Shown here: positions 27,762-40,160 of the stretch, in pieces | How positions within the stretch are numbered: the stretch's first letter is position 1 | Layout: each line of letters opens with the position of its first letter | Assembly (NCBI RefSeq): GCF_036321535.1 | Contig: NC_087437.1 | Span: forward strand, 20,648,001 to 20,712,000 | From: Camelus dromedarius | Lineage: Eukaryota | DNA length: 64,000 bases | Reading direction: 5' to 3' | Program-made: the position numbers and the translations under genes | Notes under the pieces: model-generated | What the model was told of the DNA's origin: nothing | Databases searched by the model: none | Seen by the model: only the letters and a program-made list of their open reading frames with translations

Positions 27762-27798
27762 CATCGCCACCTGGTGGCAGAGCTTTGGCACAGCAGGG
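27762..27798 (-). promoter_or_regulatory. Candidate CTCF binding site with upstream module
   Basis: The minus strand reads CTGCTGTGCCaaagctcTGCCACCAGGTGGCGat. The core CCACCAGGTGGCG matches the CTCF consensus. Confidence 0.65.
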
Positions 27799-28384
27799 GA
27801 GAGAGTTTAGAAGAGTAAAGACTTGAGACAACAGAGCTTTGGGTGGGAGGGAGTCCATGTTGGAAGTGAGAACCCAGGAGCTCTAGTCCAGGCTCTGCCC
27901 TCGCCCGGCCTCGCTGGCCCTGAGTCAGCCACTTCAGCTCTCTGGACGTTAGATCCTTGACTGTGCAGCCCCTGCATGGACTGGTATTCCAGGAGCTCCC
28001 ATCTCACAGACGTTCCCTGACTTTTTCTTGTCTCTCTTATGTTACATTTACTTGAGGGGAAAAAATAAAAAATGCTTAATTGAATTTTGAGGCGTCAGAG
28101 GGGAAAGTGGGGTTGGGCAAGGAGGGCTTTCCAGAGCGCCCCAGTGACTGCGTGAGGGCAGCACCTTCTACGAGTGCGGCTCGGCCCACCATGGGTTCTC
28201 CCTCTCTCTGGGATCCTCTCCGACTCCAGGCCTCTTCAGCTCAGTTCTCACCCCCTGCCTTTCTTCAGGGGACCAGAGATCCTCTTCCACACACCAGGAA
28301 TTACCTCTGATCAGAGTTCAAGATCTCAAGTTTAAGGGTTTACAGAAGGCCTGGCCCAGTTGGGTGGTAGGGGGAGGTTATTTG

Positions 28385-29090
28385 TTGTATTCACTTGTAA
28401 GAAGCAGGAAACCTGACCCAAACTGCCTCCAGCTGGTAAAGGGAATGTGTGCTTTTATCACTGACTAGTCCTGGGGTACATCTGGCTCCAGCCTCACCTG
28501 TATCCAGGGTTCAAACATCATCACCAGGATCTGGATCTGGGTTCTCTCGCTCTGATTCTCAGCCCTTCTTTTTTCAAGCCTGGTAGTGCCTTAGGGGTGT
28601 CATATGGGGCTTTATGTCCTAATACTCTCAACCTACATGAAATGACGCATCCTAAGTAAAGACAGTGATTCCACACTGACCCCTAAGTCTCCCATCGCAC
28701 AGAGCACCATCCCTAAGCTCCCTCCTGCTCACACACTCCGGATGGAGGCTCCAGGGTCGGGGTCTTCTTTCTCCCGTCCCAAAATGACTGCAGGGACCCC
28801 AGGGGCACCCCTTCCCTCTCTATCCAGCAGGAGCCAGCATGCTCATACCAGCTTTGCCTAGCACGGTCCTGAAGTGCATCCTGATTAGTCCCATTGGGTC
28901 ACGTGTCCCACCCCCAACCAGTCGCTGTGGGCCCTGGACTGAAATGTGCTGATTGGTTCGGCCCCTGTCACAGGCTCCACCCCTGAAGACTGGGAGGGGG
29001 CAAAGTCTCAGGAGCAACACACTCCTCGAGGGAATTCAAAGATGTTTTACTGACAGGAAGCAAAGGATGCTGAAGGCAAAACCATCGGAA
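28385..29090. mobile_element. Fragmented old MaLR LTR (MLT1K-like)
   Basis: tgtaagaagcaggaaacctgacccaaactg... at 28395 and tgattagtcc..gggtcacgtgtcccacccccaaccagtcgctgtgg at 28880. A related piece begins at ~63785. Confidence 0.5.
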
Positions 29091-31770
29091 ATCCATTAGT
29101 AACTAACATAAGCATTAGTAGCATGAGAGTTTATAAATGACTGATCATTCAGAAAAATCAGGGTGATAATCAAGGCTATCCTTCTGGTAGCGTCACTTCA
29201 TTCTCCAGGGAAGTTTCATTTGGTAACAACTGTATCCTGTCCTCCCTACACTGCCATCCGCGGAGAATGGTCACACTGAAGACATATTTCAGTGGCGACT
29301 TCAACTCAGAGACCTGAAAGAGAGGTATTTCCTTAGGTTTCTGGGTTGACACATGGCCATGTGCCTTGCATGTATATATCTTCCTGTAACTACTGGGGCA
29401 TCGTTACATCCCCTCCTCTGTTCTCTGATATCCACTGGGAGATTGTACTTGTTTTATCTACAGTGGGCTTCTCTTCAGTGTTCTGTCCTGCTTGGGCTGA
29501 TGTTTAAAATTCCACAGAGAGTCCCAAATGGGCAGGGCTTTAGGGACCTTGGCCCAAGCACCCCCCACCCCCATGGTATAGAGAGGGACCAGACAGTGTC
29601 AGAGGGGGCTTGGACCAGGGTTGTGGATGGGACCAGTGAGGGTCAGGGCTTTGCTGAGATCACTCAGCCAGTTAAATTACAGAGCCAAGTCTCTGCCTGG
29701 CAGTGCCTCCCCAGGGGTACCTCATTACCATGGGATGCCCTAGCGGGCAGGCAGGAAGGCAGCCAATGTGAAGTCCCCAAAGGCACCTCTGCCGTGAATA
29801 ATCCACAAAATCAATTATCCCCAGTCAGGCAGCACAGTGGGCCGGCCCCTCACCATGTTGTTGCTGGTACCTCTACTGTGCGTACTTCCTGGTACGTGGC
29901 ATCCTTTCCTCATCGTATCTTGCTCAGGCCAGTGTTCAAAATTAACTTTCCTAGCACCTTCAAATAAGGCCAAAGGAAGAGGTGATGTGAGAGAAGAGAC
30001 TTGCTTTTCGGCAGCTAAACCACAAGGGGTCATCTGGAATGAGTGCTGTGTGTGTGTGAGTCCTCAGGACCACAGAGTGCTGTACTGAGTGGCACTCTGA
30101 GCTGGGACCCCGCATATACCTTAGGGTCAGAACTGGGCCCTGCTGAGAAAGGTGTTTCAGGGTGGGCACAGCATGTGCAAAGGCACAGAGGCTTAAGGAG
30201 ACAGCAAGAAGTTCAGGAGCGCAGGAGGCAGAAAGCAGTAGCCAAGAGACCAGTTCACAGAGGGAGACCTCACGGGTCTAGTCAGTCATTTACTCATTCA
30301 TTAAAACCTGGGCCTTCTGAAGTCCCGTTTTTTTAAAATTTAGATTTTATTTACATTAAATACATTCATAAGGAGGGTTTAATTAACAACACGACAGTGA
30401 TGTCTCCTGCCCACCCCTGTTGCCAGCCTCTCTCCCCAGAGGCAACCAATTCTGTCAGATTCTTGCATTTTCTTCCAAGATAGTTTTCAAAAATCACAAA
30501 CACAGTGGTCCCCTTACGCACTGGCATGCACCCTGCTTTCTTCACTTTATGCATCAGCACATGATGGATGGGCTTTCTTCTTGACACTGCTGGGAGTTCC
30601 ATGGTAGTGCCCCAGGTGTGCATCTAGAGTTTAAAGACCTCTCTTTCTGCCCTCATTTTACAGTGGAAGAGACCAGAGGCCCAGAGTAGGTGGGGAGGCC
30701 CCCCTTGCCCCTCGCCAAGGTCTCCCAGTTGTCCAGTGACTGAGGCAAGGCTGAAACACAGGTCTTGTGTCCTCCTATCTACCCACTTCCCTGCCTCATG
30801 GTCCTGATTTGTCTTTGGAAGAGCGGGTAGGTGAGGCTGCCACTTTGGGTAGACTGATGTATCCACCACCTCATGAGGTATGGTTCCAGATTTCCATAGT
30901 AACCTTCAGCCACGTTCCCTCGCTTCCCCCTTCTCTCCTCCTCCTCCTTCCCACCTTTGCCGCAGCAGCCCTGTGTCAAGCCTCCGTCCCATCCCTAGCC
31001 CAGCAACTGGTCACTATGACAACGCGGGCCTTCCATCCAGAAGCGTCCTTCCAGGTATTTTATTTTGAGCCCCAATTAAGGAGGGCAGGCTGCTGGCTGG
31101 GAGCGGTGCAGGGAAGTGTGTTTTATGGCCTGTGAGAGAGCCCAGGTGCTATTTATAGCTCCTTAACCAGTGTTGCTAAATGGGGTCTTAATTCAAGTCC
31201 CGTGGCAACTGCGCATTTTCATCACCGAGAATCTCCTCAGCGCAGTCTCCATCCCTCCATCTGGCAGCCCCTCTCAGGAAGCAGTGCCTCCTCCTTGCCT
31301 CCTCCATGTCGGCAGCTGTCAGCAGGCTGCCTGGCCCTCCTGACCTCCTGACACAAGCTGACCCTTTACAGTCCCGCCTTTGGGGATATTTGGTCCACAG
31401 CTGTCACCTCGATCAGGAATCTGGAGTCCTTGGGCAGCTCTTTGTCCCAGGACTGGGATTCTGTCCCCAAGCTCCCTCCACCTCTCCCCAGCCTCTCCAT
31501 CAAAGCCAGAGTGGGGTGAAGGACACATATGACTCAGCACATCAGTAAACATTCCCAAAATCCTTTCCATGAATACCTCATGGGTTAACAGAAGTTTCAT
31601 TTAAACGGAGCAAGGTAACTATTAGCATTAGCCCCTATTCCTTACAGCTGGGGAATTCAGGCTGAGCTGGGAGAAGGAATCAGATAATGTGATCGCCAGG
31701 CACTGTCTCGGTGCTTTACATGTGCCACCTCAATCAGTCTTCACATCACTTGTTTTATGGAGAAGGAGCC

Positions 31771-32150
31771 TGTATCAGTCGGGATGTGCCAGGCTTCCCA
31801 GCTGTAACAGACAAGGGCCAAGTCACAATGACTTCAACCAAGGTTTGTCTTTGCCTGTGGTGCGTGCTCTTTGCTGGTACCCTGGAGGCTCTGGTCTGCA
31901 AGATTTGTGTCCTCACTTCAGGTCCAGGGCAGAAGGAGCAGCCCTGAGTGGTCACTAATGGAAAACAGAAGGCAGCTTATATGGACCAGCACTTAAGCTT
32001 CTGGTTGGAAGTGACACACAGCACTTCCACTGACATCTCATTGGCCAAAGCAGGACTCATGGCCACCCGCACCTAACTTCAGTGAGTGGGGAAGGGGATG
32101 GTGATCCCGTGCCTGGAGGCTGAGAGCTGGAATGTTTGAGAATGGTCCTG
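31771..32150. mobile_element. Old MaLR LTR (MLT1J/K/L-like)
   Basis: tgtatcagtcggga...cacttccactgacatctcattggccaaagc...catggccac..cctaacttca. Confidence 0.6.
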
Positions 32151-32401
32151 ACAACATCCACAGAAGCCGAGGGTCCCAGGGTGAAATGATTTGCCACATC
32201 CCGCTGGTCCTGAGTGGCAGAGCAGGGATTGGAATACTCAGCTGTTTCTCTCAGAAATCTGTGGTGTTTGTCCACGTTTTGACGTGGGCTCTGGCTTGAA
32301 TCCTCTCCCCAGCACTCACCAGCCATGTCACCCTCGCTGGGCAAGCCACTCCACCTCTGAGAGCCTCATTTCTCCGTCAAAGGAAGATGCTAGCACAGGA
32401 C

Positions 32402-32444
32402 TATTATTATTATTATTATTATTACCATTACTATTATTATTATT
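32402..32444. repeat. (TAT)n microsatellite, imperfect
   Basis: tattattattattattattattaccattactattattattatta. Confidence 0.95.
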
Positions 32445-32600
32445 AACAACAGAAATTTTTTTCTGACAGTTCTGGAGGTTGGGAAGTCCAAGATCAAGGC
32501 ATCAGTGTCTGAGGAGAGCCCACCTCCTAGTTCATAGACAGCCGTATTCTTGCTATGTCCTCACGTGGCAGAAGGAGTGAGGGAGCTCTCAGGGGTCTCT
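32445..32600 (-). mobile_element. MaLR LTR fragment (MLT1A/B-like)
   Basis: aacaacagaaattt...acagttctggaggttgggaagtccaagatcaagg...gtcctcacgtggcagaagg...ggggtctctttt. Confidence 0.8.
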
Positions 32601-32901
32601 TTTTAAAAAGTTTTTTCATTGAAGTATAGTTGCCTTACATTATTTGAGGTATACAACAAAGTGATTCAGTTATGCATAGATAAACGTGGATTCTTTTTCA
32701 GATTCTTTTCCATTATAGGTTATTTCAAGATATTGAATACACTGGGTCCTTGATGTTTATCTATTTTATAAATAGTAGTGTGTATCTGTTAATCCCAAAC
32801 TCCTAATCTATTCCTCCCCAACTCCACCCCATCCCGTGTTCCCCTCTGGTAACCATAAATTTGTTTTCTATGTCTGTGAATCTGTTTCTGTTTTGTAAAT
32901 A
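32601..32901 (-). mobile_element. Cetartiodactyl-type L1 3'-end fragment
   Basis: ttcattgaagtatagttg...gtgattcagttat...ggtaaccataaatttgttttctatgtctgtga is clearly homologous to 48852-49145 in this window. Confidence 0.85.
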
Positions 32902-32902
32902 G

Positions 32903-33174
32903 GACTGTGCTCTGAAAAACAAAACCTTATTCCTAAGTTTGGGGCAAACTCATTTGGCAGCCGGATCAGCCTGAATTGGTGTGAGGCTATTTACAGCGGT
33001 TTCTTATTTCACTCAGTGTGAATCGTCATAGGTTCCCCTGTAGAAATATCAATGTGCGTGATTGCAGGCCCTGCGATGTTCTGCAGCACGTGGCATGTGC
33101 AACCTAATTACTAAACTCTGGAACTCTGAATTCCCAGTCGGCCCCAGGGTTTTGGATAAGGGGCCACGGTTCTG
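32903..33174. mobile_element. TcMar-Tigger MITE remnant (MER46C-like)
   Basis: gcaaactcatttggcagc..gcctgaattggtgtgaggctattta...ctgaattc..ggccccagggttttggataaggg; the right end resembles a Tigger TIR. Confidence 0.55.
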
Positions 33175-34174
33175 TGGCACCTCCCTCAAGGGGTTATAGC
33201 AAGGGTGAAGGCAGACAATGTGTCAAAAGTTCTCAGCACAGGCCCGGCGCAGAGGAAGTGCACAGTCATTGGGGCTTATTCTGGGTCCCTAGGTGGGGCT
33301 GACAAAGCAGCAAAGAGGTGCCATGAGGGCTGCAACCAAAGCAAGAGAACAGTGGGACTGCGCCAGTTCACACGTAATTGAAATCAGCACATCTCCCTGG
33401 TTCCCAAGGAGCCTGTCCCCATCGATAGAGGTTCTTTAGGACCTTGTAAATCCTTAAGCATGTAATTGGAATGGCTCACTCTGACAGCAGATAGGATGTT
33501 TGTGCAGGTCCTCAGAAAAGACAACATGCTTTGTAAATATGAGGTATGGTTCTCACACATTAAATGGCCAGCCATTGGGTGAGAGCCTGAGATTTCATCT
33601 TTATCACTCCTCAGTAGCACACTCAGAATCGTGGAATTTGCAAGGAGGTTCCAAAACCCTATTCCTCTGAAGTTTTCACCTTAAGATTGGAAACTGGGAG
33701 CCCATCCTCCGAGCAGCCTCCCTTCCAACTGCTAAATAGACTGCGTTCTACATAAAATTTCACCTGGCAGAAAGGTTCTGCTGTTTTGGCGAAGAGACCC
33801 GCCCTTGCTCTTCACACAGGCTGAGAACTGCAACCCAGAGCACCGTGCGTGGCCCTGAGACCTGGGGTAAGACTGCCGGGGTTGGGATCCCAACCCACTA
33901 GCTGTGTGACCTTGGCCGGTTATGACTCCCTGGGACTAACTTTTCTCTTCTGTAAAGGAAGATATTGATGGTTGCGATAATTAAATAAGTTAATTTATGA
34001 ACAATCTTAAAACAGTGCCTGGTGCACTAAACATACTAGAAACGCCAACTGTCTTTATTATTATTACCTATGTTACTAATGTTACTAATATCACAGTGAG
34101 TTCCTGGCAGAGCTAGAAACTGTGTCTTCTGTCTCTCACTTCAAGAATCTTGTCCAACCAAAGTCACATATTTG

Positions 34175-34810
34175 AAAATAAGAAGTGGTAAGGATATGGA
34201 GAAATGGCTGGTGGGACTGTATAATGATGTAGCTGCTGTGGAAAAGTCTGGCCGTTCCTCAAAAAATTAAACACGGGATCCATCTGACCCAGCAGTTCTA
34301 TTCATAGATGTACACCCAAGAGAAATGAAAACTGGTTCTCAAATAGATACTTCTACACAAATATCCATAGAAGCACTAATCACAATAGCCAAAAGATGGA
34401 GATACCACAAAATGTCCATCAGTGGATGAATGGATAAACAATGCGACATATCAATACAATGGAATATTATTTAGCCATTAAAAGGAGCACAGTTCTGATA
34501 CTTGTGACAACATAAATGAACCTCAAGGACGTTGTGCTGAGTGAAGAAAGCTAGATACAGAGGTCACATATTGTATGATTCCACTTATACGGAATATCCA
34601 GAATAGATCAGTTCATAGAGATAGAAGCAGATTAGTATTTGCCAGGGGCTGGAGGAAGGAGGAATGAGGAGTAACTGCCTAATGGACGCAGGGTTTCCTA
34701 CAGGGGTGATGAGAATGGTTCGGAACTTGATAGAGGTGACGGATGCACAACATTGTGCATGCACTAAATGCCACTGAATTGTGTACTTTAAAGTGGCCAC
34801 TTTTATGTTT
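34175..34810 (+). mobile_element. L1MB-like ORF2 end and 3' UTR fragment
   Basis: gacccagcagtt...aatagccaaaagatgg...gaatggataaacaa...tgtatgattccacttata...ccactgaattgtgtactttaaa matches the L1MB 3' end as recalled. Confidence 0.85.
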
Positions 34811-35794
34811 TGCAGACTTCATGGTGGGAACATTTAAGAGCTACTCTCATAGCAACTTGCAAGTATAAAATACAGTATTATTAGGTTATTATATCATCCA
34901 AGATCAAGGGGATTCTCAAGCCATGTTCCTTTAGGAAACTGGTTTTGCCACCTCCTGAACTAAGATGTTTTTCTGCGTTTTCTCAACCCACACAGTCAAA
35001 AAAGTTAACTTTGTCATTTTTCTCTCCTAATATTTTTGTCCATAAATCTCTACCATCTGCCATCTCTTGTCTGGAATAAAATAAGCAATAAGAAGGTGTC
35101 TGATCTTATGGAAAAATAGATATTATAGGCACTTTGCGCCAAATACATAAATGTTCTGGGCACTGAGGGGTGCCTCACAGACTCTGGGGCCGACAGTTCT
35201 GCTGTTTCTTGGAAGTCATGAGCCCTCTCTGTGCCCCAGTCTTCTCATCTCTAAAATGGGGGCAAACATGGTACCTGTCTGAGAGGTGCTGTGGGGACTG
35301 ACTGAGCTACAAGGGCTAGTTCTTGCTCAGCAGGTTGCCGGTGGTGTGATCTCTGTATTTGCCACTACACTCATTGGTGGGGTAGTGATGGTGGTGCCTC
35401 TGCTGTCTCTCTCTGGCTGTCCCTACCGCGTCCCCGACCCCCAGCTGTTCTCACCTCTGTACAGTGGTTTGTACGTTTTACCAACCTGGTACCCACACAT
35501 GGAGAACTGGGTAGGAAGAGGGCGTGGGTGTGTCTGGTGACCAGGTGAGTGACATCTCCCCAGTCTGGATACAGAATCCACGCTGGGAGACCGCAGAGAG
35601 AGAATGGGTTTTTGTGAAGTTCTGTTTTTCTTCCCCCATGGAGGTGTGGATGTTATGGCTGTGGAAGAAGGGTGCGCAAATTCCTGGATCCGATGGATTT
35701 TGTGCCTTTGTGGTTGGATCAGACTTTCTGGTGGTTCATGGAGGATGGGTGGCCCTCGGTGGCGTGGCAGTGTCTGACTGCTTCACTCAGAGAA

Positions 35795-36100
35795 CCGGTG
35801 ACCACTGTCAGCCTAGGGCTGTGTCTAGACCTCAAAATATTTTGTTTGGCCCTACTAAATTAAAATAACTTAGAAACATCATGTAAAAATCTGGATTCCT
35901 GGCTTTTCTGGAAAGGGCAGGGAATCTGGTAACATGGGCCCACATTCCTGCCTGGAGCTGAGGCCGGAGCTGAGTGCGTGTGTGCATCTCCAATGTTGGG
36001 AGGCCCACCAATCTCTCCAAATCCACTGCTGCCATCTGCTCCTCACTGGTCACTCAGGGCACCTGCATGGCCCCTAAGCATTGGAGTTTGCAGCCTCTGG
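35795..36100. mobile_element. MER102-like hAT-Charlie element
   Basis: aaaaatctggattcctggcttttctggaaa..aatctggtaacatgggcccacattcc...acctgcatggcccctaagcattggagtttgcagcctctg. Confidence 0.7.
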
Positions 36101-39100
36101 TCTGAAACCCAAACACGCGTGATATGAGAAGTGGTTTTCATTCATACACTGTTTGCTAGCTTTTTTAAAAGTTACCAAAAACGACAAATCATTTGCCTTG
36201 AAACTCGAAGTGGAAATAGAGCAGTACTTTCTAAATTTACTGGCTGCTATTCTGTGTCAGGGCTCTTTATACATTGAAATATTTATTCGCAGACCTCATC
36301 ATTTACCACTTCTTAGTAGATACAGTTTTCCTCTTCCAGAGCTACCCCATAAATACAGGGTTCCTCTTGAGTCTAATTGGATCTTTTGACCAAGGGCTGG
36401 GGGGGAGAGGCGGGGGGAGCCCGGGTGAGAAAATTAGGCAGACTCCATCCAAGAATTCAGTTTACTCATCAGTTTTGCTTAGCTTTAGAAAAACAAGCTT
36501 CCCCCGTCCTCTGGGCCTGTTTCTGAGCTCACACTGGGAAAGGTCAAATAAACACAATAAATCCATTAGAAGGCCTTCGTATTAAACCCCTGGGGCTGGT
36601 GCTGCTTAGCAAGAGGCCAGAGTGATGCCGTTTCCCAAGTGGAAGGAAGTTGGCCTGACCTTGGTGATTTGCTAGAAAACGGGAGTCAGCTGTGCCAGTT
36701 GGCCTCGGTGGTTGCGAGGAGGCCAGCCCCAGGGGGTTGGTTCTGGCAGTTGGGCCTGCCAGGGAGAAGACCCCCTCACACAGCCTGCACCTGCTTCCTC
36801 CTCCTCTCCAAGGTCTTCAGGCCAAACCCCAGATAGAACCAGGTGGATTGAACATCCCCTTAGTACCTGTCTCCACTCAGCAGGGTCCTTCATCTGGGCT
36901 GCCTCACAGCTCACCTGCCAGCCATGGCTGGGCTTTGCTGGGTTGGGGGCCTACCTCCACTCCATTCAGGGGCCACCAGTGCAGAGACAGGGAGCTCGCA
37001 GCACCACAGGGAGCTGGGCTGGGGTCCGGGGCACCGGGGCACTGACAGTGAGTGACAGAATGGTAGGGCTGGAGTTCCTTGGCAGTGACTGTCACCCCAG
37101 CTCCCCCCCGAGAGCTTGGCAACCGTGCTGCCTGAATTCCAGTCCCATTTTCACCACTTCACTGTGACTTTCGGTGGGTGACTTAAAGTCTCTGTGCCCC
37201 GCTTTCTTCAGTCTATAAATGGGCTTTCATAATAGTAGCTACCCCACTGGGTCACAGTGAGGAGTAAGGGCAGTAAGACGCGTGAAGTGCTCAGGACGCC
37301 TCATGACGTAGGAAGGGCTGGCTAAGTCCTTGCTGTGTCTGTTCACGTTGTATATCGTTATTGCCAAACACCCGGCTAGAGAGCGCAGTGAGCACACCAA
37401 GATGTGCTTGGAAAACCTAGCAACGCCCACTGGTGTCTTCATGCTTCTGCTTCTGATGAAAAGATTGGAAGGAACATCCCCAAAAGTAGAAGAGGCTGAT
37501 GGACAGGGCTGCAGTCAGGGTCCCACGGGGCTGGGTCCGGACCCCGGCTCCCTAACGTGCTGGCTGCGCCGGCCTGCGCACACCGCTGGTAGGAATTTTC
37601 TGCAGTTGTCGACGTGGAGGCATCCCACCCGGGGTGCACGGTCCTCAGCTCACCACACCAGCTGCCTCTTTTTTTTCACTGTGTCCTAAAGGACAAACTG
37701 CTCTGAGAACCATAACAGCTGTCATTTGATGATGGCCCACGTGTGCCAGGCCCCACACTGGGTACCTTTTCCCTCCACCCCCGTCTCACCCTCCCCTTGC
37801 TTCCGGAGAGGCAGAGGTGGTCCCCCTTCTAGGGAGGAAGCAACTGCCACATGAGACCAGAACCAAGTCTGTGTCTTCTCACCCCAGGTCTGTGCGTCTG
37901 CTTTCCAGCGATGCCTCCCCCGGAGCTGCACTCAGTCCTCAGCAGGCAAGGGCATCACTGCCCATTAACTAGAATTACACTGTAATTCCGCCTCTAGCCG
38001 AGCTCTTGCTTTGAGCCAGGTTGAGGCCAGCGCATGACTTTTCTCGTTCACTTTGCTCTCTGTCTCTCTCTCTCTGTTTCCATTTAACTGAACCTCTCAT
38101 ACACAGGATTGGATTAAACATAATCTTTAGTTGTAATAGACTGTCATCATTGGTGCCGTGCAGAGCCCTCATCCATTCTACTTTGCTGATTCTTGTATTT
38201 ACTTCTTTCTGATTCAGTGCCGCCGTGAATCCATCATCCAGCCCACAGGACTGGAACACTGACAGTCAGGCCCTTCTGTCCCCCTCGCGGGTCCAGCCTT
38301 GCCGACCCCCACCCCTCTGCCTCAAGGCAAACACTCCTCTGAATTTTGTGTTGACTGTTCCTTCTAGATTTTTCACATATAGTACGCGTCTGAATGATGC
38401 CTCGTTTAGTTTTAGTTCTCGAACTTTCTAGTTTGTCTCCTCCTTTCTCAGTACCACACCGTGTTCATCACCATGGCTTTAAGTGAATCCTGCTCTCTGG
38501 TTGGCTAGTCCCACTGTCCCCACACTCATTCTTCTTTAGAAGGGGACACACCATAAGAAATGGGGGTCCCATCCCTGAGTCCCCAACCTCACCCCGCCTG
38601 GGATAAGCACCAACTGTCTCTGAAGGACCCTGCTCCCCTCTGTTGTCTCCCCACATTGGAGGTGCTTCTTACAGTACCTGGAGGGGCAGCCAGGCTGTTC
38701 CCATGGCAGCAGCAGCAGAGGAAACTCCTGGGGACGGTGGGATGATCCGTGGTGCAGGGTACGTGCCAGTCAGAGGGCCCCCCGCCCTGAGGCTCTCCCC
38801 ACGTGACCAGGGGCTGTCCTCATGCAGGGCCGGGTTGCCCAGCCATTGTGCAGCTCCCTGGGACAGGCTCCAAACTGAAAACACTCAGATTTTCTGGGAA
38901 ACTTTTCAGCTGAGTCAGGAGCACCCCTCCAGCAGACCGAGGAACTGGCGCAGTGTGTTGCTAATTCTGTCTGCCTGCAGGAACCTTGCTGGAGGGTTCT
39001 TTAGCCGACTTAGGGCAGTTTGAAAGGGCTACTTTTAAAATTCATTCCCTGCACCAGAAAAGCCGGGCCCTAGTTTGCTTTGTAGAAATGAAGGCTTATT

Positions 39101-39789
39101 GCAGCTGCCTCCCCAGCCCCAGACATCGGCCTGCCCATTCCCACTGACCCCGCGCCCACGATGTCCAGAGCAGAGCCGTGGGGCTGGGAGCAAGGACAAA
39201 AGCCAGTCCCTGCCTGTGGGAACCCACAGTCAACAGGGGGTGAAGACAACACCAACAACAGGAGGTGATTCTGGAACCCTCCATAGTGGTCAGGGATTTA
39301 TCATGGGCCAGGGCAGGGAGACCATGTTTCCTAAATCAGAAATTAGAGGATGATGTCTGACAGTAACCACAGGAACTGTTCCGAGGGCTCCTCAGACAGT
39401 CTCCATAGTGACGAGAACCACTCAAAGGCCTCTGCTGGGGAGGGGTATGCGGAGGGCGGGAGAGGCTTTCCCAGCAGAGGGTGTGGGCTGTGCCCGATGG
39501 GGCGAGGGTGCAGGCAGGGAGCCCTCGGGGGGCTACTTTTCATGGTAGAGTCAGGAAGTAACCAGAGGGCTGGTCATGAAGATGGAAAATCGGAGTAGAA
39601 CAGAGATGTTTAGAAGGTGGATGTGGAAGGCTTGGGGGTGGGGCGGATTTGGAGGACAGAGGAGGGACAAGATGAGTGTGTCTGAAGGTCCAGACTTGAG
39701 ACCCATCAGAGAAACTCAGCAGTGAGGAGGAACGGGAGGCACTTGGTTTCACCGCAGGGCATTGGGGTGGTCTGTGGAGCAACCCGCTG

Positions 39790-39947
39790 GAGCAGGTCTG
39801 TAGACCCGTGTATGGGATTCCCTGGGGATCTCATTACAATGCTGGTTCTGATGCAGTCAGTCTGGATGGGGCTCAAGACCCTGCATTTCCAGCAGGCACC
39901 CAGGCCAAGCCGAAGCTGCCGGCCCACAGACCACACTTTGAATAGCT
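39790..39947. mobile_element. MER5-like hAT-Charlie MITE
   Basis: ttctgatgcagtcagtctggatgggg..ctgcatttccagcagg...gaccacactttgaatagc. Further MER5-like pieces occur at ~3670-3810 and ~63430-63548. Confidence 0.7.
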
Positions 39948-40028
39948 CACTAGGTCCCAGACCCGAGCCCAGGTGCCTCTAATTCAGGTAATAGTAGGTG
40001 CTAAGGACACACTGAAATGAGGTGTGTA

Positions 40029-40160
40029 GGGGAGGGTATAGCTCAGTGGTAGAGTATGTGCTTAGCATGCATGAGGTCCTGGGTTCAGTCCCCAGTACCT
40101 CCATTAAACAAATAAAAATAAACCTAATTGCCCCTCCCCAATAAATAAATAAACCAAACA
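40029..40160 (+). mobile_element. tRNA-Ala-derived SINE, camelid Vic-1 type, full length with TSD
   Basis: Head GGGGAGGGTATAGCTCAGTGGTAGAG..CTTAGCATGCATGAGGTCCTGGGTTCAGTCCCCAGTACCTCCA, with A box 40039-40049, AGC anticodon remnant 40064-40066 and B box 40082-40092. A-rich (AAAT)n tail. 14-bp TSD AAATGAGGTGTGTA (40015-40028) / AAATGAGGTATGTA (40161-40174). Confidence 0.88.

Noticed and set aside
40029..40103. Possible tRNA-Ala(AGC) gene
   Set aside because: It has an A-rich tail and flanking TSD, extra 5' bases, imperfect stems and no oligo-T terminator, so it is a SINE.
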